DNA from: Bacteroidota bacterium
GTDB lineage: Bacteria; Bacteroidota; Bacteroidia; UKL13-3
Length of the DNA stretch: 64,000 nt
Assembly (NCBI GenBank): GCA_947453415.1
Contig: CANGGG010000003.1
Span: forward strand, 22,562-86,561
Reading direction: 5' to 3'
This document shows positions 56,901 to 64,000 of this stretch, in pieces (position 1 is the stretch's first letter; each line of letters opens with the position of its first letter). The notes beneath the pieces were generated by a model, which saw nothing but the letters and a program-made list of their open reading frames with translations, had not been told where the DNA came from and made no database searches. Position numbers and translations under genes: made by a program.

Positions 56901-59720
56901 TTAACGACTTAAAAACATACTTTTTTGGTTTTTTAATTGACGGAAATGAGGGTCATTTAAATCTTTTATAAAACGAATTGCTTCCCCTGTTGATTTCATT
57001 TCTGGGCCTAATTCTTTGTTTACATTTTCAAATTTTTCAAACGAGAAAACTGGCTCTTTAATGGCATATCCTTCCAATTTTCGTTCAAATACAAAGTCTG
57101 TTAATTTGTTTTCACCTAACATAATTTTGGTCGCAATATTTACATAAGCAATTCCGTATGCTTTGGCAATAAAAGGAACTGTTCTACTTGAGCGAGGATT
57201 GGCTTCAATTACATAAACTTTTTCATTTTTTATGGCAAATTGCATATTCATTAATCCCCTAATATTCATTTTAAATGCTAATTTAGTGGCAATGTCTTCC
57301 ATTTGCTTTTGAACGTTTTCACTTAAACTAAATGGAGGTAAAACCGCACTTGAATCGCCACTGTGAATTCCTGCAGGTTCTATATGTTCCATCATTCCTA
57401 TAATGTGAACGGTTTCACCATCGCATATTAAATCAATTTCTGCTTCTTCTGCTCTATCTAAAAAATGATCAATTAATACACGATTTCCAGGCAAATCACC
57501 TAATAAATCTATTACTGCTTTTTCTAAATCTTCATCGTTGATTACAATCTTCATTCCTTGTCCACCAAGCACATAACTTGGGCGAACCAAAACAGGATAA
57601 CCAACTACTTTTGCTACCGCAATGGCTTCATCAGCGTCTTCGGCCACTCCATAATTTGGATAAGGAATATCTAATTCTTTTAACAAATCAGAAAACAAGC
57701 CTCTGTCTTCCGAAATATCCATATCAGGAAAACTGGTACCAATAATTTTTATTCCATGCTCATGCAATTTTTTTGCAATTTTTAATGCTGTTTGACCACC
57801 TAATTGAACAACTACACCAACTGGTTTTTCTTTTTCAATGATTTCACGTAAATGTTCCCAAAATATTGGTTCAAAATACAATTTATCTGCCATGTCAAAA
57901 TCGGTAGAAACTGTTTCAGGATTACAGTTAATCATAATGGCTTCGTATCCACATTCTTTTGCTGCTAATAAACCATGAACGCAGCAATAATCAAATTCTA
58001 TTCCTTGTCCAATTCTATTTGGGCCAGAACCTAATACTATAATTTTCTTTTTACCGCTTACAATGCTTTCGTCTTCTTGGTCAAAAGTTGAATAGAAATA
58101 ATTAGTTGGAGAAGGGAATTCCGCGGCACAGGTATCTACCATTTTAAACACGCGTTTTACGTTCATTTGTGAACGCAAATCCCAAACTTCATCTTCTGTG
58201 GTATCACCACCTAACAAATGAGCTATTTGGGCATCGCTATAACCTTTTTGCTTTAACTCCACCATGATTTCATGTGGCATGTTTTTTAAATTAAAACGTT
58301 TGGCTGTATTTTCTAAATGTACCATGTCGCTTATTTGGTTTAAAAACCAACGACTAATACGTGTAATTTTTTCAATAGATGAAATGGGTACGCCTAAGCT
58401 TAAAGCATCCTTCACCGCAAAAATTCTGTCCCAACTTGGGTTTTTCAATTTGTCAATAATGTCTTCTAATTTTTTCTGTTGGTAACCATCGGCTCCTAAA
58501 CCGTTTCGTTTAATTTCAAGTGATTGTATAGCTTTTTGCAATGCTTCAATAAAAGATCTTCCAATTCCCATGGTTTCTCCTACTGATTTCATTTGCAATC
58601 CTAAGGTTTTATTAGCTCCTTTAAATTTATCAAAATTCCAACGAGGTACTTTAACAATTACGTAATCAATGGCTGGTTCAAAAAAAGCAGAAGTGGTTTT
58701 AGTAACTGGATTTTTTAATTCATCCAAGTGATAACCTATAGCTAATTTTGCTGCAATTTTTGCAATTGGATAACCCGTTGCTTTACTTGCTAAAGCAGAA
58801 GAACGAGAAACACGAGGATTTATTTCTACTGAAATAATATCTTCATTTTCTGGATTTACAGCAAACTGAACATTACAACCACCAGTAAAGTTACCAATAC
58901 TTCGCATCATATGTATGGCCATATCACGCATGCGTTGATAGGTTGAATCGCTTAATGTCATTGCAGGTGCAACAGTAATTGAATCGCCAGTATGAATTCC
59001 CATTGGATCAAAGTTTTCAATGGTACATATAACAGTTACATTGTTATTGCTATCTCGTAATAATTCTAATTCATATTCTTGCCAGCCAAACAATGCTTTT
59101 TCTACCAATACTTCATGCGATGGAGAGGCTTCTAACCCACGTTTTAAAGCGGCATCTAATTCCGATTTCTCATTAACAAAACCTCCTCCACTTCCACCTA
59201 AGGTAAAAGAAGGACGGATAACTAATGGAAACCCTATTTCTTGCGCTATTTCTTTTCCTTCTAAAAATGAATTTGCCACTCTTGATTGTGCCACTGGCAC
59301 GCCAATGTCGATCATTTTCTGACGAAATAATTCTCTATTCTCAGTGGTATTAATAGCAGCTATGTCTACACCAATCATTCTAACATTGTACTTTTTCCAA
59401 AGTCCAACTTCTTCAGCTTCAATGGCTAAATTTAAAGCTGTTTGCCCGCCCATAGTTGGTAAAACAGCATCTATTTTACGCTCTTTAAGTATTTGTTCAA
59501 TACTTTCAATATTTAGAGGTAATAAATACACATTATCAGCAGTTACTTTATCTGTCATAATAGTAGCTGGATTGGAGTTAATTAAAGTAACTTCAATTCC
59601 TTCTTCTTTTAAAGACCGTGCAGCTTGACTTCCTGAATAGTCAAATTCACATGCTTGACCAATTACAATGGGTCCACTTCCGATAATTAATACTGATTTG
59701 AGGCTGGTATCTTTTGGCAT
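56901..59720 (-). CDS. carB: carbamoyl-phosphate synthase large subunit
   Basis: A 939-aa protein with duplicated ATP-grasp domains (VLIIGSGPIVIGQACEFDYSG… and IIVLGSGPNRIGQGIEFDYC…). Confidence 0.95.
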   Translation of the reverse strand: MPKDTSLKSVLIIGSGPIVIGQACEFDYSGSQAARSLKEEGIEVTLINSNPATIMTDKVTADNVYLLPLNIESIEQILKERKIDAVLPTMGGQTALNLAIEAEEVGLWKKYNVRMIGVDIAAINTTENRELFRQKMIDIGVPVAQSRVANSFLEGKEIAQEIGFPLVIRPSFTLGGSGGGFVNEKSELDAALKRGLEASPSHEVLVEKALFGWQEYELELLRDSNNNVTVICTIENFDPMGIHTGDSITVAPAMTLSDSTYQRMRDMAIHMMRSIGNFTGGCNVQFAVNPENEDIISVEINPRVSRSSALASKATGYPIAKIAAKLAIGYHLDELKNPVTKTTSAFFEPAIDYVIVKVPRWNFDKFKGANKTLGLQMKSVGETMGIGRSFIEALQKAIQSLEIKRNGLGADGYQQKKLEDIIDKLKNPSWDRIFAVKDALSLGVPISSIEKITRISRWFLNQISDMVHLENTAKRFNLKNMPHEIMVELKQKGYSDAQIAHLLGGDTTEDEVWDLRSQMNVKRVFKMVDTCAAEFPSPTNYFYSTFDQEDESIVSGKKKIIVLGSGPNRIGQGIEFDYCCVHGLLAAKECGYEAIMINCNPETVSTDFDMADKLYFEPIFWEHLREIIEKEKPVGVVVQLGGQTALKIAKKLHEHGIKIIGTSFPDMDISEDRGLFSDLLKELDIPYPNYGVAEDADEAIAVAKVVGYPVLVRPSYVLGGQGMKIVINDEDLEKAVIDLLGDLPGNRVLIDHFLDRAEEAEIDLICDGETVHIIGMMEHIEPAGIHSGDSSAVLPPFSLSENVQKQMEDIATKLAFKMNIRGLMNMQFAIKNEKVYVIEANPRSSRTVPFIAKAYGIAYVNIATKIMLGENKLTDFVFERKLEGYAIKEPVFSFEKFENVNKELGPEMKSTGEAIRFIKDLNDPHFRQLKNQKSMFLSR

Positions 59721-59930
59721 ATTTTTATTTTTTACTTTTTGAAAACAAGAAAAAAGCTTAGCTTAATTTGAATAATTCACATATTCACGTAGTTAACATG
59801 TTACGCTTATAAATAAATTGGGCAAAGATAATTTTTGAAATCGAAGAATAAAGATTGTGGAAAGAAAAAAGATAAATTTTATCTAATTGTAAAAAAAACA
59901 ATTGAAATATATTCAATTTACATAACAAAA

Positions 59931-59965
59931 AAGACTCCATACTTTTGGTATGGAGTCTTTTTTTA
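59931..59965. terminator. bidirectional rho-independent terminator downstream of the OmpA-family gene
   Basis: AAGACTCCATAC(TTTTG)GTATGGAGTCTT is flanked by A- and T-runs. Confidence 0.6.
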
Positions 59966-59984
59966 TATTTATAAATAAAGTAAT

Positions 59985-61499
59985 TTATTCTAAAATAAAT
60001 TCTACTCTTCTGTTATAAGCATTAGATTCTTTGGCATCTGTTCCCATCATTTTTTGAGCACCCATTGGCTTAATAGTAATATTGTTTTTACTAACACCTT
60101 GATTTTCTAAATAATTAGATACAGCTTCTGCCCTATTTTTTGACAAAATGAAATTTGCTTCATCACTTCCAACATTATCGGCATAACCTAAAACTGTTAA
60201 TTTAAATGAAGGATTGTCCATCATTACTTTAGCACATTGTGTTAAAATAACTCTGTCAGTTGCATTTAAGTTCGCTTTGTTTGTTTCAAAATAAATTTTA
60301 TTCATTTCAACCAAAAGCATACTTCTTAACTCTTGTTTTAAGTTATTACTTAAATTTTGAATTGAAGAATTAGTGCCTAAAGCAATTTTAGTTGAAGTAT
60401 TATCTGTAGAAGTATTATCTGTAGATTTATTATCTGTAGTTTTATCACTTGAAACTTTATTAGTTGCGGTGTTGTTTTCATATAAACTTCCTGCTTTTAA
60501 ACCATTCATTTCATTGCAACCATTAGAAAAAGCACCTTTAACATCTGGGCACTGATCCCTAAAATCAGGAATTCCATCACCATCAGAATCTTTTGTTAAT
60601 AGCTCGTTATCAGCTAGCATTTTTGCTATTTTCTGATTGATGTTTTTCAAGCTATCGCTCAATGCAAACATGTTATTAATGCTTGAATTAGCATTAGTAG
60701 TTTCGGGTGTTGAATTTAAAGTTTGACTTTGATTGTTCCCAACTCTATCAATGTGCATGTTATTTCCAAATGAAAAGCATAAACCAACAGTTGTTTTAGC
60801 CATGTAATCTCTTCCAGAGCCATAATCCCAACCATCCCATGCATCTGTATAAGTTTGTATCACTTCACTTTGAAAGTTAATATGCCAATGGTTGTTAAAG
60901 TGGTAACGCATTCCGGCTCCTAAACCTATTTGCATTGTTGTTCCACTTAATTCTTCAAGTTTTCCACCATCGGAAACTAACATTCTTTTGGTATTATAAG
61001 TAGATTGTGAAACACTTGCTCTTAAAAAAGGAACAAATTTATAGGGTTTAACCCTGCTGTTTCCTTTTAAGTCGAAATTCAATCCAAATGTTAAAAATGA
61101 TACTTTAGATTCATAGTATTCATTTGCATCGTTGGTTTCACCGGTCATACTACCTTGATCGTAAGCTAAATCTAAACTTATTTTATTCGTCATAAAATAA
61201 TTTAAATTTATACCTCCAGCTAAGTCGAACTTAGTTTTACTGCCATTTAATCCACTAAAATCATTGGATTCGGTTCTGTTTAATTTACCAAATCCATTGT
61301 ATTGAATGTCATAAAGATGGCTTAACCTAAAACCAGTGCTCAGTCTATTAAACTTTGCTTTTGTAGCGGGCTTGGCTGTTACTGTTGTGCTAGTAACTGT
61401 TTGTGTGCCTTGAGGAGCTTGTGCTAATAGGGTTGTTCCCCCTATTAGCATGGCTGACATCACTATTGCTTTTGTTATATTTAAACAATTTGTATTCAT
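59985..61499 (-). CDS. OmpA family outer membrane protein with a thrombospondin-type-3 Ca-binding repeat
   Basis: It has a signal peptide, an N-terminal beta-barrel, a DSDGDGIPDFRDQCPD TSP3 repeat and a C-terminal OmpA domain (…LTVLGYADNVGSDEANFILSKNRAEAV…). Confidence 0.85.
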   Translation of the reverse strand: MNTNCLNITKAIVMSAMLIGGTTLLAQAPQGTQTVTSTTVTAKPATKAKFNRLSTGFRLSHLYDIQYNGFGKLNRTESNDFSGLNGSKTKFDLAGGINLNYFMTNKISLDLAYDQGSMTGETNDANEYYESKVSFLTFGLNFDLKGNSRVKPYKFVPFLRASVSQSTYNTKRMLVSDGGKLEELSGTTMQIGLGAGMRYHFNNHWHINFQSEVIQTYTDAWDGWDYGSGRDYMAKTTVGLCFSFGNNMHIDRVGNNQSQTLNSTPETTNANSSINNMFALSDSLKNINQKIAKMLADNELLTKDSDGDGIPDFRDQCPDVKGAFSNGCNEMNGLKAGSLYENNTATNKVSSDKTTDNKSTDNTSTDNTSTKIALGTNSSIQNLSNNLKQELRSMLLVEMNKIYFETNKANLNATDRVILTQCAKVMMDNPSFKLTVLGYADNVGSDEANFILSKNRAEAVSNYLENQGVSKNNITIKPMGAQKMMGTDAKESNAYNRRVEFILE

Positions 61500-61532
61500 G
61501 ATCTTGTTTCGTGTTTTTAGTTTTGTTTAAAT

Positions 61533-64000
61533 TTATTTAGTAATTACAATTGGCTTAACAGTTGTTTTGCCTGCTTGTGTTAAGCGAACAAAATAAGTTC
61601 CATCTGCTATATTACTTAAATCTAATTGAGTAATGAAAGTATTGATTTCAGTTTCGTAAACTAATTTACCTAAAGCATCAAATACTTTAACACTAGTTTC
61701 TGTTACACTTTGATCATCTAATTCAATATATATCATTCCATTTGACGGATTTGGATATAATTTAAATCCTACTTGTTTATTTGTATTGCTTACACCTACA
61801 CTACCAATTGCATAAGCATCACTTTCAGTGCTACATCCTTCTTTTGAACTTACTTGAACAGAGTATAATCCTGAGCGAGTAGTATTATAAGCTTGGCTGG
61901 TTGCTCCCGCAATTGGTTGACCATAACGTAACCATTGGTAGAAAGGAAACTGCTGTTTTACTTGTAATACTGTTGATGTTACACGTTCTATTACTGGTTT
62001 ATCTGGTGCACGGTTTACTGTTACAAAGAAGTTTCCTTCTGTTACACATGACATACTATCTATAAATACATAGGTAACATTGTAATTTCCAGAACCTGAT
62101 AACGTTGGATCAAACATTTTACCATCTAATGTTACACCACTTCCTTTAAAGGTATAAATACCTTTTGCATTTATTGGAGTTAAGTTAAATGATGGTACGC
62201 TGCTACAAACTGTAATATTAGTAAACGAATCTGGTACGTATTTAGGATAAATTGTAACTGTGTAACTACGTGTTACTTTATTACCTGATTTATCTTCAAA
62301 CGTAAACGTATTGGTGGTAACACCTACTGGGTATTTATTTCCTAATGTTACACCTGCTGTTTGTTTGATGGTTACATCGCCACAATTATCTGTTGCAGTT
62401 GGCATGTTAGGGTTATAATCTGCTTTACAATATCCTAGGGCAATATTAGCTGGCACATTACTAACAACTGGCAATATGGTATCTAATACTGTTACCGTTA
62501 CTATCAAGCTAGTTTTATTTCCGCTTACGTCACCTACAATAAATTCTACTAAATTAGAGCCTGCATCGTTACAATTAAACAATGTTTTATTTACTGTTTT
62601 TGTAGTGATGCCTACATTGTCTGTAGAACCATTGTCTATATCATTTGCAGTTAATATAGCACTTCCAGAAGCATCTAAATAAAGTGTTTTATTACGTGCT
62701 ATAATTATTGGAGCCATGGTATCATTCACAATTACGTTCACATTAACTGACTCACTGTTTCCACTTGCATCGTTTGCTGTAAAGCTTACAATGTTCAAGC
62801 CTAAATTAGATCCGTTAAATGATGTTTTACTTAATGTTAATGTAGTTATACCACAATTATCAGTTGAACCATTATTTACTTGAGCAGTGGTAATAGTTGC
62901 TGTTCCACTTGCATTCAAATAAACATTCAAGTTATTGTTAACAACAACATTTGGTTTGAAGGTATCTAAAACTGAAACCGTAAAGCTTGCATTTGAAATG
63001 TTACCACTTGCATCTGTAGCTGATAATGTTAAAGTATTAGAATTAATTCCTCTATCTGTACAATTGAATGATGATTTACTTAATGATAAGTTTGCAATGC
63101 TGCAATTATCAGAAGATCCATTATTCACTTGAGCTGGTGTAATAGTTGCTAAACCTAAACCATTTAAGTAAACTGTTAAGTTTTGAGCTATAACTGTTGG
63201 CTTAATAGTGTCAAATACAGTAATAATTGCGTTAGCAGTAGCAATATTATTACTAATATCTCTTACCGTTAATACTACTGCATTGTTTCCAATATTACTA
63301 CATCCAAAAGTAGTTTTACTCAATGAAATACTAGTTACACCAACATTGTCAGTTGAACCATTATTCACTTGTGCTGCGGTTACACTTGCTGATCCGCTTG
63401 CATCTAAATAAATGATTCTATTCTGAGCAATTGCAACTGGCATCATGCTATCTAACACATTTACATTCACATTTACTGATTGGTTGTTTCCACTTGCATC
63501 AGTTGCTGTAAAGCTTACTATGTTTAAGCCTAAGTTAGTTGAATTAAAGCTAGTTTTACTTAAAGCTAAAGCTGTAATACCACAATTGTCGTTTGAACCA
63601 TTGTTAACTTGTGCAGTTGTTAATGTTGCCACTCCACTTGCATTTAAGTATATATTCAAATTGTTGTTCACAACAATATTAGGTTTAATAGTATCTAATA
63701 CTGAAATATTAGCCAATGCAGTAGAAATATTACCACTACCATCAATCACTGACAACGTAATAGTATTTGAATTGATTCCTCTATCTGAACAATTGAAAGC
63801 AGACTTACTTAATGTATAAGTTGCAATGCTACAATTATCAGTTGATCCATTATTTATTTGTGCCGGTGTAATACTTACTTGACCGATAGCATTTAAATAA
63901 AGAGTAAGGTTTCTTGCTACAGCTACAGGTCTAATTGTATCTAAAACAGTAATTGTTGCAGTTCCAGAAGCACTATTATTACTGATATCACTAACAGTTA
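61533..64000 (-). CDS. T9SS-sorted surface protein built from tandem HYR-like (hyalin-repeat-like) domains; 5' end lies beyond the window
   Basis: It has at least eight ~80-aa repeats (DT.KP…L.ASG.A…AQVNNGS.DN.GIT…LSK..F.C…G.N.V.(F/L)TA.DASGN…V.V.D). The C-terminal YPNPSNGMIYIELDD…YFVRLTQAGKTTVKPIVITK region looks like a T9SS CTD. The frame stays open from 63755 to 64000 and still encodes repeat sequence. The TTG at 63755 chosen by the ORF track is not the start. Confidence 0.75.
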   Translation of the reverse strand, partial: TVSDISNNSASGTATITVLDTIRPVAVARNLTLYLNAIGQVSITPAQINNGSTDNCSIATYTLSKSAFNCSDRGINSNTITLSVIDGSGNISTALANISVLDTIKPNIVVNNNLNIYLNASGVATLTTAQVNNGSNDNCGITALALSKTSFNSTNLGLNIVSFTATDASGNNQSVNVNVNVLDSMMPVAIAQNRIIYLDASGSASVTAAQVNNGSTDNVGVTSISLSKTTFGCSNIGNNAVVLTVRDISNNIATANAIITVFDTIKPTVIAQNLTVYLNGLGLATITPAQVNNGSSDNCSIANLSLSKSSFNCTDRGINSNTLTLSATDASGNISNASFTVSVLDTFKPNVVVNNNLNVYLNASGTATITTAQVNNGSTDNCGITTLTLSKTSFNGSNLGLNIVSFTANDASGNSESVNVNVIVNDTMAPIIIARNKTLYLDASGSAILTANDIDNGSTDNVGITTKTVNKTLFNCNDAGSNLVEFIVGDVSGNKTSLIVTVTVLDTILPVVSNVPANIALGYCKADYNPNMPTATDNCGDVTIKQTAGVTLGNKYPVGVTTNTFTFEDKSGNKVTRSYTVTIYPKYVPDSFTNITVCSSVPSFNLTPINAKGIYTFKGSGVTLDGKMFDPTLSGSGNYNVTYVFIDSMSCVTEGNFFVTVNRAPDKPVIERVTSTVLQVKQQFPFYQWLRYGQPIAGATSQAYNTTRSGLYSVQVSSKEGCSTESDAYAIGSVGVSNTNKQVGFKLYPNPSNGMIYIELDDQSVTETSVKVFDALGKLVYETEINTFITQLDLSNIADGTYFVRLTQAGKTTVKPIVITK

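Noticed and set aside
63753-63755. TTG start codon of the HYR-repeat ORF as given in the track
   Set aside because: Upstream codons remain open to the window edge and continue the repeat sequence (…NCSDRGINSNTITL…). The true start is outside the window.
62476-63819. Plus-strand ORFs of 65-124 aa within the HYR-repeat gene
   Set aside because: They are antisense to a long repeat-rich minus-strand gene and recur once per DNA repeat, which marks them as artefacts.

Overview
This 64 kb window is chromosomal DNA from a low-GC Bacteroidota genome, probably a Flavobacteriia or Chitinophagia type. Evidence: intergenic DNA is very AT-rich, many proteins start with Bacteroidota-style signal peptides, and at least five proteins end in a type IX secretion (T9SS) C-terminal sorting domain. 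I call about 50 coding genes. Housekeeping genes (gap, carB, mtgA, uppS-bamA-skp-skp, plsY, clpS, dsbD, rocD, a glutamate/dicarboxylate symporter, comEC and comF) sit among accessory modules. The main modules are:
- (i) A partial dabA-dabB CO2-uptake pair at the left edge.
- (ii) A tightly packed operon of three cryptochrome/photolyase paralogs plus TspO, DUF2071 and a 46-aa DUF2256 ORF that is missing from the ORF track.
- (iii) An arsR-DUF6428-acr3-arsC arsenic operon interrupted by a GC-rich nested palindromic repeat.
- (iv) T9SS cargo genes: tandem LVIVD paralogs, a 1180-aa Fn3-like repeat protein, and a partial HYR-repeat protein.
- (v) A Kazal-like secreted protein.
- (vi) Two paralogous small transmembrane zinc-ribbon proteins flanking a metallophosphoesterase-mtgA pair.
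- (vii) Two intergenic repeat families. One is a ~155-175 bp miniature inverted-repeat transposable element (MITE)-like element with ~17 bp terminal inverted repeats (TIRs) that flanks the prolyl oligopeptidase gene. The other is a GC-rich palindromic repeat that brackets a 2.4 kb cassette. The cassette encodes a membrane-tethered winged-HTH protein and a small HTH protein, and sits beside an unexplained ~220 bp GC-rich structured element.
I saw no rRNA, tRNA or CRISPR arrays. All calls come from reading the sequence and translations by eye. I ran no searches.
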